Below, one piece after another: positions 39,236-52,391 of a stretch of DNA of 64,000 nucleotides (the first letter of the stretch is position 1; each line of letters starts with the position of its first letter). The notes below the pieces were generated by a model. It saw only the letters and a list, made by a program, of their open reading frames with translations. It did no database searches and was not told where the DNA came from. Origin of the DNA: Botryllus schlosseri (taxonomy: Eukaryota); assembly GCA_051294905.1 (NCBI GenBank), contig CM119372.1:35528001-35592000 (forward strand), read 5' to 3'. The translations under genes were made by a program, and so were the position numbers.

Positions 39236-39365
39236 GCATGGTACGGTGGGCGGTAAACTCAGGAATGCATTGCTATATAAACCCACACAATCCGAGTATT
39301 GCATGGTACGGTGGGCGTTAAACTCAGGAATACATTGCCATACAAACCCACACAATCCGAGTAAT
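39236..39365. repeat. Tandem duplication, 2 x 65 bp
   Basis: GCATGGTACGGTGGGCG...CCACACAATCCGAGTA at 39236 and 39301. Confidence 0.9.
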
Positions 39366-40293
39366 TGATGACGGTTATTTATGGATTGGCTTAGGCTTTA
39401 TTCCCTTCTTATCTATGCAGTACACAAATCAACATATCTTTCAAGAACAATTTGCGGTATCTTTGTGTTGGCTTTGACAACAAAGCCAACACTTACACCT
39501 TCTTGAATAATTACAACTTGAATAAGATTCAGGATTAACATACAGTTATATCGGCCCGGGTTGCCAACTGCGGGATGGCTCTTAGGGCAATCGTACAACA
39601 TTGGCGAACTGACTGAAATAATGCCAAATTATCTTTATTATCACAAATATCCTTGGACATGAAGAGTACTAAGTTTCAACAGTCTAATTAAGCATAAATT
39701 AGGCTGCAGAAGGAACATCGTAACAGCCACGTCTTGATGGATTAGATTTTGTTCTGCAGAGGGTGCTCAAGCTAAATCGGTAGAGTTCGGAATATTACAA
39801 AGTTTGTAGCACAAAGGCGGTGCGAATACGAACTAGGCAAACTTTTCCTATGGATCAGCAAGCTTAGTTACATCACCAATTAGTTATATATAGGACTATG
39901 CCTCCACGATCTATAGCAGGGGCGGGCAACTTCTCCGGTCGGAGGGCCGGATATGGGAAATGAAGCACTTGGCGGGCCGGATTACATGGTATATACATTA
40001 TTCGCATTTATCCACTTGCATTAGGAATAAATCGTATTTAATGAGACCATTAAGTTTAAAGCATGGACTGGACACCAGTCCAGAACAGAAACCTGTTTAA
40101 TGAGTTTATTACCAGTAGCTGTTGAAGTCAATCGAACATCTGTGGCGGATCAGAGTTGTCAACAAGTTCTTTGGACGCTGGCTGCATGTTGTACGTAGAA
40201 ACCCTTAGTGAAGACTGCACGCTAACATCAGTTATATTTGAACGTGGCCTTGTCTCGTTAATGTTCACGGTCGAAAATATATATACTATATAC

Positions 40294-42741
40294 CAGTGGT
40301 TCTCAACCTTTTTGAGCTCGCGGACCGGTAAAACTTCAAGAAATAGTCGGCGGACCGGTGGATCTTCAAAAATTGAATAAACCCGAAATGCAGTTGCGAT
40401 AAAAGCATGCAACCATATTTTGCAAGAATGCTACTGGAGATTGACATTTTGAGGGTTTCATTTGTATTCATGACGGCGTTCATGAAATTCTGTGGTAGTG
40501 TGTCGAAGGGCGAAGGCCGTGCATTAACCGGCTACACCAGGGATTCTCAAGCTTTTTATGGTCGCGACCTCGAGACACCTAATTCCGATTTGAAAATGTT
40601 CCACGACCCCACCTCTCAATTTGGCGTGCTGACCACAAAAAATGGTGAGCACCCCGCCCAAACCTACGCCTGGTCAATATGGAAAGCTGACGACCATGTG
40701 CAGAGTAATAGCAATTATGCAATTTTGGACGTGTCAATCTCGTTCCCCGTCCAACACTATATACCAATATATCGTTGTTTTTGAACGATTTCTATCTATA
40801 TCGAATCAAAGTAGTCGAGTACTGCTCCCTGAAATTTTGCGTCGCGTGAAATGCAGACAACAATCTATAAGTTTCCCGACCGCGCTCAGCGTGTTTGGTT
40901 GTTCTGTTAACTCCGTGTTTCTTACACTTATGGGAAAACTTCACGAAACGGTCCCTTAGCAATCTTTGGTATGACTCACGGTCCCTTACTCAATTAACAC
41001 AAAACACCCCAAAACGGTGGTCTTGGTCGTCATAGGGCGATCAACTTAATTCCCGGGAAAGAATCCTTCAGACCCCTCTTACCGCTTCCAGTAATTTCAA
41101 CACTACCCTTTATACACCCAATTCATAAACGGTATTACTACGCGATTCACGAACGAGCCGAATTAGCAAACAGCATATGTGAAACTTGTTTTTTTCGGCT
41201 TAGTATAAGCACCAACCAGTGTTATGAAAATCAGTGTACAGCTAGTTTCTTGTCGCGTGAATCGCGAAATTTTTTAAGGAGTAAATTTTGTAAATATTAG
41301 GCTACAGTAATTCATTTGTTGAAGCATGTTGTTATCTCGTGAACCCAGGTAATGATTGTAGCTACTCGAGTAATATAGGAGTCGCTCACACGCAACAGAC
41401 TAAAATAAAGGAAAAATATTCATTTTTCAAGTCGCATTTTAACACTGGGATAATTATTTTCCTTCGCTGGTAGCATTTGTACCGCGCGCGGCTTAGATTA
41501 GGACTATTAGGTGTCGACTATTTCCGTGCCTGAACATATCAATATCGAAGGTTCCGGCCAACATGCCGCCAGTGATCTTTTTGCCAGCGCACTTTCGTGA
41601 AGTCGCGCGTTGGCCAAACCGCTTTATGTCTTGGTGTGTCCTGGCGCGGAATCGTTCAGCGCCGAAATGCCGACAATGCAGAAGCTCTTTACGCGCCCCT
41701 TGATTAAAGTATTTCAGCGGCCTTAAATGATGCTCGCATAATTGCAAATGCAGGAATATTCTTTATATTTCAATTCTTCAAATTTATGCGTATTTTGTTC
41801 CTGGGTGGGCATACGCGCCATAAAATCGAGAAATGCATAGTGACACTAAAGCGCGCGTGGCGAGACTAAAATTTAAAATTGAATAATTTTGCACCAAAAT
41901 ATTCCACTTTAAGTTGATTAATCACCATCGAGTTTGATTTAACAATAATTTTCCTGAATTTTGTTATATTCCAAGAATTAGTTATTTCTAGATAGTTTGA
42001 ATTTATCGGAACGTGCTTCGCGGTCCAAATAATTGTCTGACGGACCCCAAATGAACCTCGGAACCCGGTTTAAGAACCACTATGTTAACTCATAGCGCTA
42101 TCGGTCGCTTGTAGTTTTCCAGGAAGGAAAATTACCATCCCATTGATTTCTAGGCTCACGACATTGTAATTTTAATAGAGGTGGCCAGACACCAACCTTA
42201 TGTTATAGTGGGTGGCGCTTCAGCACGACGCTTCGACTGATCTGATGATACCTTGTTTGCCGAGTTCGCATTTTGCAGAGGTCATTTATAGTTTGCAAAA
42301 TGAACTAAAATATTCAGAAATGAACTGCCGATAGCACCCGGTTCAATGGCATTCTTGTAATGGCCATTGCTATTCCATTTCTGTCTTCGCGACTCCGTAG
42401 AATAAGCTAACTGACCCGTCGGGGTCGCGACCGCTAGGTTGAGAACCCGTGGAATACACCATCTTGAATGTTATTCTTCTATTCGATAATATCGACAAAA
42501 GAAGCGTTTCGGAGTCGGGACAAACATCTTTGCTCATTCCCCACTTCCACCAGACGTACTACGAAATGCGTAGTACGAATAAAATGGGGACGTTTTTATT
42601 CAGTTTTAAATGTGATGCGTCGCGTCTTTTATCAATTAAGAAGCCTTCAAATTATTTTATTTTGCAATTGAAGTATAAAATTACAAAATGTCTGGCGGAC
42701 CGGCAGAACAGTCGTCGCGGACCGGCGGTTGAGAACCACTG
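40294..42741. mobile_element. hAT (Charlie-like) MITE with nested element 40538-42451
   Basis: Perfect TIR CAGTGGTTCTCAACC and perfect TSD CTATATAC. Inner element CAGGGATTCTCAA ... TTGAGAACCCGTG has TSD GGCTACAC/GAATACAC. Confidence 0.85.
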
Positions 42742-42913
42742 CTATATACTATACACCCGATCAGAGCAACTAGTTTCATGTCCATCTATCCCAGGTTGGC
42801 ACTCTTGGATTCCTTTTGTGACGCATAAAATTTGTCAATACTTTTAGATTAAAGAGCTTCTTGAGGGTACAGAACTTCAACATACAATTCAATAGCATAT
42901 TCATATTGAAATG

Positions 42914-42949
42914 TACCCGAATATTTTCGGCTGACACTCGTCAGGGGTA
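42914..42949 (-). ncRNA. Minimal type I hammerhead ribozyme motif
   Basis: Minus strand reads TACCC-CTGACGA-GTGTCAGCC-GAAA-ATAT-TC-GGGTA: complete core, 5-bp helix I, palindromic AATATT at helix III. Confidence 0.8.
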
Positions 42950-43382
42950 ATCGTCAGCAACTAGTAGAGAATTGGAAAGAACATTGTATATCAACAATCG
43001 TATCACAGAATATGACATCATCTACTTGGAATGTTATCCCAAATAAGAGAGCGTTCAATGTATTATTTTAAGATGGTAGACGAGCTCTTTTTCTAGACAA
43101 AGCTTGGGCTGATGTATTTTGATAAAGGTCCGCTCCAAGGCACACAGATGAAAGTGTGAGCGGCCCCTTCCGATGACGCCAAGATTATTGTCTCGATTAT
43201 TTTTTGCACAAGAGGGACTATCCAACAAATGTTTGCCAATGGCGGAGTTTCTGGCCTTTGATCGCTGAGCATCAAGCTTGAGCGGATGAGTCATGGGCGA
43301 GCTTTTCACCAAGCGTGATGCACGTTTACTACCATTGTTTACATACAATGTTCTTTCCTATTCTCTACTAGTTGCTGACGAT

Positions 43383-43418
43383 TACCCCTGACGAGTGTCA
43401 GCCGAAAATATTCGGGCT
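43383..43418 (+). ncRNA. Minimal type I hammerhead ribozyme motif (inverted copy)
   Basis: TACCC-CTGACGA-GTGTCAGCC-GAAA-ATAT-TC-GGGCT; helix I reduced to 3 bp. Confidence 0.7.
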
Positions 43419-46400
43419 CATTTCAATATGAATATACTATCCAATTGTAGTTTCATATTATAATTTCACTTTCACGGTAGAAACTCTCTGCGGGCCGTAT
43501 GTTGCCGCTTCTGATCTAGGCTACTCGACGTGAGATCATCAGTCCAACAACAGGAAAGCGTGTCAAAGCCTAAATGGTGCAGTTCATTTTACAAACACGC
43601 CATTGCAATGGTCGGTAGATAAACTGCCCTGCGACTTATTAATTCGATGTAATGCAAGATAAAGTTTATAGGACGCCGTGGTCGTACATGTAGGCAGGCA
43701 ATGCGGTAAAAATGGTTCATTGTTGCGTTATAAATAAATTGCAGGCGCGCTATACTGCAGTAATTGGCACTGATCGCATGAAACGTAGGAGAGTTATGCA
43801 TTCAGCCTAATTGTATGCACAATATCTGATATCAAGCGATTGAACAGTTACTGAATATTGTAGTGTTGTGTAATAGGCACATTCAGGATTAAAGCACTAC
43901 AGTATTTCTTCAAATATTGCGGTAAGCCAGAGGTCTCAAACACGCGGCCCACGAGAATATTTTGTGCGACCTGCGACGGATTTAAATTGCAAGTATTCTA
44001 CAATGTATTCATGTGTCATATATCTTTTTAGATATAAGAACTTTAAGTTCACCCTAAAACTACTATAAAAATCACTCTCAACATACTTCACTATCACATC
44101 ACTTTTAAAATCTACCATGCGGTAGAAGATCAGCTATTACGTCACATCTCTAGTTCATGATGATAAAACACGATCCGTCGAAGATTCGTGATGGAAAGTT
44201 GTGATATGGTTTGTAAAATTACTCGATTTCAGATTGACTGGGTGATTAAAGAAAAATCGCTTTAGTTGAGTCGTGTCAAACGTTGAAATCAGAGAAGGGC
44301 TTGCGACTCGGAACGGTGACTTGGTAATCCTACGGGCGAAACAATCTATAAAACTGTCACGGGGAATAGTAATATATCAAAAGGCCGTAGCTTGCGTTGT
44401 CTAGAATATATAGCTATATAATCAGGTCAGTATTGCAACCATTGGCATTCTGTGACCGCCGTGACGCATAGTTGGTTACATGCTGGGCGTTATTTGTTCT
44501 CTTTATCCATTTTATTATCAGTGGCGAGTAAGGTACGCTCCACAGCTGTAACACCAATGAATTGTTCGGCGCTTGGACATTTCTATACAAGGGGTTCTTG
44601 ACCAGGTCCTTATAGAGATAGACCACTTAGGGGTACGAAGCACAACACTAGGGTAGGAGATTAATTGTGGAATTAGGCCTATCTGTTGTGGAATATTTTC
44701 GTGACCAATTTATTCAACTATGGAAAATAGTCTTCGCGCTACGCGCGATTTTATGTGAATGGGTTTCTGATTTTAATATTAGTACCATCAGAAATTGTGT
44801 TGAAATGGGACAGGGGGCTACGAGAAATCTTATAGGAAGCACAAGGGATATGGTCGGTAAAGAGGTTAAGAGAGAATGCCATTACTATAGCTCAATAATA
44901 TTTATAGTTAAGTTATTATTGATATGTTCCAATAAATCGAAGGTAAAATCTAAAACTGATTTAATTTGACTTTGGCAATGTCAGTAAAATTAGAAATAGC
45001 CCACTTCTCGCGAGTATATCAAAACCCGGATTAGGCTACACCGCTCAAATCCTCTAATATCAGATTAATCTTCAGTAGATTTCAATATATCCTACATAAA
45101 ATAGCGGAACGTCAAAGGTCCTCTAGCTGCAATATTATAATCCGACAGTTTTACGATGACGTGATGCATCCTCTTTCATGATGTCTATAACTCATTATTT
45201 CAACAAATTATACCCGCCAACAAAACAATATTTTTCAAATATTTGAAAATATGATTTTTTTCGTGTCAAGCGTGAATAGTACAATAGTGAATTACATTTT
45301 CACAATGTTTGTGGAATGCCTGTCTGCTAGGTCCTGTCAAATAAGGCCTACTTGGAAATTGTACATTGAACATCCCCATCATTGATGCCGCGGCCCGCGG
45401 CGTCATCAAAACTAGGAAATTTATCCGCGAGTTCAAAACCTCTGCTGTAAGCCATGCAGGAAAGGCTGAAACGATATTTACAAATCAAAATGCTTTCACG
45501 GACCCGTACGTTTACGCTGCGGCAGTGGCTGAAATAGGGCGTCCTGTCAAGTTTGAATAAATGAACGATGATGCTAATTTTCTTCAAAAGCATTAGCCAA
45601 AAAAATCTATCATTCAGTTATACTAGATCAGGGGTTCTCAGCCTTGTTGTCGATGTGGACCGCTTTTGGACCGTTAAGGACCCCGCCGACTCCACACGTT
45701 TTAGTTAAAATTTAGCTGAATTATCGTATAACCGCTATCTGTCCTGTTATTGGTATTGACTGTAGGATAGTGATTAACACTATAACCAGCCACAAGTTGA
45801 CCTTTTTTGTAAATTACACCATACGATATGCAGAAATTCGGTACTTTTACTATATCAAAGCAATTTCTTAAATTTAGAAATAGAATTTCGATTTCCGACG
45901 ACTGTTCATTCATTGACAGTGACTGTCAACTTCGACTCTAAGATGTTTTGCAAACATTTCGATTTCATCCTGATTGACCTCACCACTCCAACTTTTTTTT
46001 ATTAATTTGTCCGCAAACGCCAACAAAATATCTCTAAAGAAAAATATGTTTGTAAGCTATTGGCAATTAAAATGAGTTCGCACAGTAGGAAATTTCATCT
46101 CAGACGTCTATTCTGTTGATGTGATTCGTGAATTTCCGCAGTTATGAAGCGAAACTGTCTCATAGTTTCCCTATTTCAGATAAACACATATTTTTACATA
46201 TAAATACATATTTTCACTACACGGATCATCTCTGTTTCATCGTCATCCCTCATTTTGTGTTAAAACGAATAAAGCACTGCTTATGTCTACGTAACGAAAC
46301 GATATAAATAGCGAGACTGTGTCCGAATTAAGCGGAGAATTGTTCCAATTAGTCGGTGTTTTTTTAATGTGCCATTATAGAGGATGCAGGATGAAGTGCT

Positions 46401-48403
46401 AACTCTCAAAACTGTGTTATGTATTCATCCGCTTCATCGATAGTAACTTGTTATTTTTTCTTCAAAAAGCGTTATTATGAAGAGTTTATATGACATTCAT
46501 CATTCAAAAGCATCATATGATGTGTACGAAACATCAAAACACATATAGATTACAGTATATTACGTGCATAGTTCGGCGAATAGTTGGCAGACGCAAATGC
46601 CTTCAGAATGGTCACGCTCGACTTAGGCGACTCGCTGTGGTATTGTGACGCATCAAACGCAGTGGTATCGGGTTAGTAAATATTCAATCCACAACCCTAT
46701 TTACGGTTATCCCCTTTCGTTGTAGGTTATTCATGGGACTTGCTGCACGCTCATCATTTGATGAAAAATGTTAGGCGACTAAATAGGATACATAAATTCA
46801 TCTCTGTCCTTAGAAGGTCATAAAGCGCTACCTACAATCCATTCGTGTTTGATGTTATTATCGTCAGCTATCGCCATCGACACGTCGTCTCTGAGGAAAT
46901 TCCTCGACCCTATCGCCCGCTTTCAACAGTACGCGAATGACTAAAATTACTATTAGGGTAGTGCAAACGTTGTCAGCAGTTCAAACCCCTAGTAAATCAC
47001 AGATCGTCTACCAGCCCTGACTCTTCTAATTCGTAAATACTAGTCAGCGCCCGAGATTACTGACCACAATCTCATTTTCCGACCACGCCCTTCGTCGAAT
47101 GCCACCTCTGGATGAGTTACTATTTGGCAATTAAGAATTTAGAGTCAAAGTACAAATATAACATTTTTCTCACATAATTATTTAAAACGATGATAAACAA
47201 GAAACAGCGGTAACTCTTTTTAGTCACACCAACCCAGAAGGCCAGAACCCATTGACACGTAATTCTAATAAGACACCCAATTGTATGAAATGTTGCAGCT
47301 TGGTCACTATCCCGAGCGGTGTGTGGCTAAAATCGTCGTGTTGTTTTGGTAATTTCGATGGCAGGTTTTTCGAATTCGTCTTCTCGCAGCCACAGCCGAA
47401 ATACTGCGTGCTTATGTCATAATCCCGACTTACATTAACCCGTGTTATATCGACTTTATTATCAATATAGATTACGCCAGGGATCGGCTACCTCAGGCAC
47501 GCGTGCCTAAAGTGGCACGTATGATGATATTTCATGGCACTCTAAATGATTTGATGTGCATAATCATGTTTCTTGCGAAAAGTGAAACAAAAATTTTCAA
47601 AATGGAAAAAGCTCGAAAGTGAATCCAAATTATTTGGTAAATCAACATGAATTCGGTTCTTTTGGGACAGATTTCATTTTTTTGTCAAAAAAAAATTGAG
47701 TAGTTCTAGTTCTAGTTCTAGTTGCGCTCCTGAAAATCCAGTAGTTTGTACAAGTCTGCAGAATGCATGGTGTTTTCTCTCCTTCTCACCCCTTACATAC
47801 TACGGCCTCCGAACTTTGAAGAAGGATCTGACTTCGTATTTATCTTTACATCGAGACCGAAAATAGCTACATCCGGAAATTGCACAATTATTGGCCGCAT
47901 TTTTATGTACTTATTGTCTGTATGCGAGATTCGTTATACGTAAATTGCTCCAACTGCAGTTCAGAATTTGTCATTTTGGCGAGTCCCATTATGTGAATGT
48001 AGTTATTCTACCAATAAAACTATGACAGGATGCGGTACCGCAAACTCGTTATTACCTTGACTCCCCTGCCATAGATAGTACAAAAGAGGTGGTCTGCTGT
48101 AACAAATATTACATGGCAAATCCCTAATTAACAACCAACGCCAACTTTCAGCACCTATATTCGCTAAAAACTAACATCTTGATCGCCAAACAATCTCTGC
48201 AGACCTGACGTAAACAATAAATAAGGTAGTGTAGCGAGTCGCCGAAGTCAAGCGTGACCATTCTGAACAGCGAACAATGGGTTTGCACTCCAACCTACTT
48301 CCTCTAGAGTGCCATTTTAACTTTGATTTCTTTTGGAAGCATTTTGGTCGAATAAAGCGATTGTCCGGATTATCAGGAGTCCGAATTAAGTGGATACGAC
48401 TGT

Positions 48404-49211
48404 TGTTGTTGTTGTATTCATGGTGTTTGTCGACTACTATGGTCATTTTCGCCAGGCCAATTTTCTTCATTTTTATTTCGTAGATGCCAAATTGCCGACT
48501 TACCAGGGTTGTAACCAAGTCACAAAGCTCCGAGTCACAAGTCATTCTCACTTTTACGGTTTTGACTCGAGTCAAGTCGAGTCATTTTCAATTCACCACT
48601 GAGTCAAGTCCGAGTCCAAGTCATCGAGCAGAGGTTCGAGTCCGAGTCATGGTATTATGACTCGAGTCCGAGTTCAAGTCATTGTGTTGACTGCTCAGTT
48701 TCCAGTTAAAGTCTTGTTAAAGCCACTCTTATAACTCTGTTTGGTGATATCGAATGGTTCACATTTATAATATACTAATTTTCCTAACTTTTAACAGTTT
48801 CTGGTCGCATTTTCAAGTACTAGTACCAATGGTCGTAATCCCAACAGAGTGGTTACTTTACAGTTCTTCGAAATTACAATGAAATTTCGGTCTTGGCCGG
48901 CTAAATCTCGAGTCATATGACTTGGTTCGAGTCATGCGCAATGACTCGAGTCCACGTCGAGGCAATACACATATTGACTCGAGTCGAGTCGAGTCATTTC
49001 CTTATTTTGAGAAAATGACTCGAGTCAAGTCGAGACATCAAAAAATCGTGACTCGAGTCTGACTCGAGTCGAGTCATTACAACCCTGCGACTTACTGTAG
49101 CACGGCCCACTCTACAAGACACCGCTTACGCGGATGAGATAGCGGTCGGACTCGAACCCGCAACCCATTGGTGTTGCAGCTGTTGATTATACTACTACGC
49201 TATCACGCCAC
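48404..49211 (-). mobile_element. Full-length tRNA-derived SINE family 1 (about 216 bp net), interrupted by a B2 MITE
   Basis: Minus-strand A box TAGCGTAGTAGT and B box GGTTCGAGTCC (49158-49148); (CAA)n tail; 13-bp TSD TGGATACGACTGT at 48391-48403 and 49212-49224. Confidence 0.88.
48504..49087. mobile_element. MITE family B2
   Basis: TIR CAGGGTTGTAA/TTACAACCCTG; perfect TSD CGACTTAC. Confidence 0.93.
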
Positions 49212-49841
49212 TGGATACGACTGTATTTAGTCGCAAATCAAGCAAGACCTCTCGGGGTGAAGTCTATCGAATGATGTAATCGAAAGCAGTGCCTGAGGCG
49301 AGGGAAAGATTTATTCAAGAGTTTATGCTAACGCTTTGGATAACGCTTATTCATGATGCTACCGAGATATTGTAGTCAATAGATATGAATACCATAATTC
49401 CTGTGCCTAAGGCGATTATGGAATTCCTTCGTTGTAATTTTGAGATTATGTAATTGAAATAGGTAAGTGCTGTTGCAGAAACATAACATGTGACACTACA
49501 TTTATGCAAATATGCCCCATAGTATTGATAGAGACGGAAAAGTGCCATGCGGGATCAATTGTAACCCGGGTTCCTAGGCCTGCAAAGGAAATCCGCAATA
49601 CAGCCATGTGGTCTCAAACTCCGTGTTTGGTGATTCCAGAATCTTGAACGCGAATGTTAGTCTAAAGATGACATTCAAGTTTTGCGATTGGCCGCTCTAG
49701 CGCGATCGGTGTATTGAGAAGCTGTGTCGTAAAAGATGTGGCGGAAGTATTAATTGAGATAGTCTCTGAAAAGTAATACTATCCGTTCCAAAACATGATG
49801 TAACCCCTCTTACTCGATAGATAAAAATTATTAGTAGAAAT

Positions 49842-50100
49842 GAAGAGTTTGTTGCAGGTACAGAACTTCAGTGTATAATTGAATACAATGGTATATTCAT
49901 ATTGAAATGAACCCGAAAATTTTCGGCTGACACTCGTCAGCGGTAAACGACAGATACTAGTAGATAATTGGTAATAACATTGTACATCAACAATCATATC
50001 ACTAAATAGGACATCACCAGCTGGGAGTTTCGAACAATCCGGGCGAAGAGATCGCATAGGCTCTATATACTATTTTAGATGGTAGACGAGCTCTCTTTGT
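49842..50100 (-). mobile_element. Second Penelope-like 3' fragment with a degenerate hammerhead motif (49945-49910)
   Basis: Colinear with 42852-43095; core CTGACGA-GTGTCAGCC-GAAA-ATTT-TC intact, helix I mismatched. Confidence 0.75.
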
Positions 50101-50141
50101 TTGCACGGACTTTTTTGGCGCATTTCGATTAAAGTCTATAC

Positions 50142-51332
50142 CAGTGGTTCTCAAAGGGTGGGCCATGGCCCACTGGTGGGCTACAGGAGCATTTGAGGTG
50201 GGCCACAAAGCTATTTGGAAGATTTTAGAATTAATGTAAGTTTAGTTATATCTGTTATATTAATCACTAAAAATATATTCATATAATCTAATTATACGTA
50301 GGCTACGTAAAGCTTTTCACCCGACTCTGATGAGACGTAGTGGCACGCATGGAGTCAGCATGTACATTGTACACGTCGAAAACGGGAGGGAGAAACGGCG
50401 GCTTTTCCACTGGCTATGACAACCTACGGCTAACAGCAACCAAAATAATTTCGAGTGTATAATAACTGGAAGGTAATGCTGACGTAACCAAGTATTCCGG
50501 TTGGGTCATATGTCGTATATGCCGTTGAAAGGGGTGTGCAATAAACTAGGAATGAAGTGTAATTGCGATATAGATATACTGTACCTAGGCAAGTCGTATT
50601 ATTGTAAGATAAAAATAACCATAATCGCAAATTATTAGCAACTTCTGGTGAAGATTTAGCTGAGTGCATTAATCTCTGGAGTCGGTTTAAAATGTTCGCC
50701 CGGAAATCATTGTACATAACGTAAAAGTCTCATGAATTGATTGTATCGTTGGATTGAATATTCTGACATCGCAACTTCAGTTGGTATGGTACAAGACATA
50801 GCCTACAATTAGCATTATACAGCATGCATAATAAATAAATATTTCTCCACTTCTCTGTTGTACCCCATTGACCAATGAAGTTTTTGTAGCCGACCCAGAA
50901 TGATTATATTATTCCCCACAATAGTGGAACTAAAATCCCAATCACACAGCGGATGAGTGGATTTGATCATTGTGTTTCGCGACGCGAATGGAGCAACAGA
51001 CGATCATAATATAGGCCGAGTTTTAGCCTATGATCTACCAGGGCCGTAACTGCCGCACCCAAACCACCAATTGTGGGAGCTCGATGGGGCCCAAGATTAT
51101 TTCGTTAGTCGTTTGTTGGCGGATATTTAAAATACATGAAAATTTTTGTCGCGCTTCGCGTGATTTCATGGGCCGAAAGGTCTACCTTTAAATATCATCA
51201 GTAAAATAAGAGAAAAATGCGCGTCGATTATCACGCATTGAACAGGATTATGACTCCAGGATTAGAGGTGGGCCACAGCACATTTTCAAATCGGAAAATG
51301 GGCCACGGCCAAGAAAGGGCTGAGAACCCCTG
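50142..51332. mobile_element. hAT (Charlie-like) MITE
   Basis: CAGTGGTTCTCA ... TGAGAACCCCTG; perfect TSD GTCTATAC; GTGGGCCA subterminal repeats. Confidence 0.88.
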
Positions 51333-51797
51333 GTCTATACCAAGGCCCCCAATGGAAGTGTGAATGGACTTTTCCAACAACGCGAAATATGTCGTGTCGA
51401 TAATTTTTCGCACAATCATGGTTTTCTGACAACCATTTGTCAGTGGCAGAATTCATGGCTTTTGCCTGGTGTGAATCAAACTCGGGGATGAGATTTGTTA
51501 GAAAACGTGAAAAGCGCTCGAATTAAAGCTCACGATTGACTCATCTAATATTAACGAAGTCAAGAGCTATTATAGCGCTGCTTTTAATTACTATAGTATT
51601 TTACCACACATTACAACAATAAAAACACTCAATAATATCAAATACTATGGACAAATATTCGGTTTTAGACTCAGCATATTCACTTGGAGTATACAATAAA
51701 GCATGAGGACGTATAAGTCAGGGTTGTGCAACCGTCTGCCTGTCAAGAGCATCGTTTACGACCAATTGTCGGAATGTTGATTTTGGTTGATGTGCAG

Positions 51798-52391
51798 TAG
51801 GGCTGTTCAAAAATAACATTTTCTTCCGGATTACGGCGATTCACTAATTAAATTGTTAGGTTGCCTGAAAAAACGCTGTTAAACAAATTTGGCCAAATTC
51901 CAACAAGTAAAAGCGGCCGGAGAGCCAATTTAAATGTTTGAATTCATTATAAAAAAAATTCTAATTTTACTGTCAACCCGTCAAGTTGTTAAGTTGCCTA
52001 CATGAACGACGCATAACAATGCCTGCTCACTTTCAACCAGCAGACGCGAAATTATTACAGCTGAAACTTTTGAATATGCAAAATAGCCTGGACGGCGGTT
52101 AATCCTAGAATTATTGATGTTAAACACAAATGACTTCGCTTCCATGGGTTGAAATTCCGTCAAATTTGTTTTGCATTGTTTTTTGTAGATAATTCCACGA
52201 TTTTATTTGGTTGAGTGTAAAATTAGAAATTTTATTTTTTTATAATGAATTCCTAAATTTAAATTGGATCGGCGGCCGCGTCTACTGGTTGGAATTGAGT
52301 CAAATATTTTTTGCAGCTTTTCTTAGGTAATGTAGCAATTTAATCAGTGAAACCCGGGATCCGAAAAAAAGTTATATTTTTAACAATCCTA
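51798..52391. mobile_element. Long-TIR MITE family C immediately upstream of the lectin gene
   Basis: TAGGGCTGTTCAAAAATAAC terminus; about 180-bp imperfect inverted arms; perfect TSD ATGTGCAG; related right ends finish near 8382, 55505 and 62209. Confidence 0.85.

Larger units (their letters stand above)
42850..43448 (-). mobile_element. Penelope-like retroelement 3' fragment: GIY-YIG endonuclease C-terminus with an inverted partial pLTR
   Basis: ORF 43348-43055 contains SAIGKHLLDSPSCA...LCALERTFIKIHQPKLCLEKELVY; about 106-bp inverted arms at 42884-42989 and 43343-43448. Confidence 0.8.
39917..43513. mobile_element. Outer hAT (Charlie-like) MITE hosting several nested elements
   Basis: CAGGGGCGGGCAAC ... 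GTTGCCGCTTCTG; partial TSD ATCTATAG/ATCTAGGC. Confidence 0.55.

Noticed and set aside
45366..45560. 64-aa ORF with protein-like composition
   Set aside because: It has no ATG start, recognisable motif or linked exons, so it cannot be supported without a search.
49140..49211. tRNA-like sequence with A and B boxes (also 31540-31656)
   Set aside because: No convincing cloverleaf, and each continues into a repeated body with a simple-repeat tail, so these are SINE heads rather than tRNA genes.
50320..50415. CTGATGA-GACGT...ACGTC-GAAA, a hammerhead-like core with a 5-bp helix II
   Set aside because: I could not find compatible helix I and helix III pairings with a UH site on either side; probably chance within a MITE.
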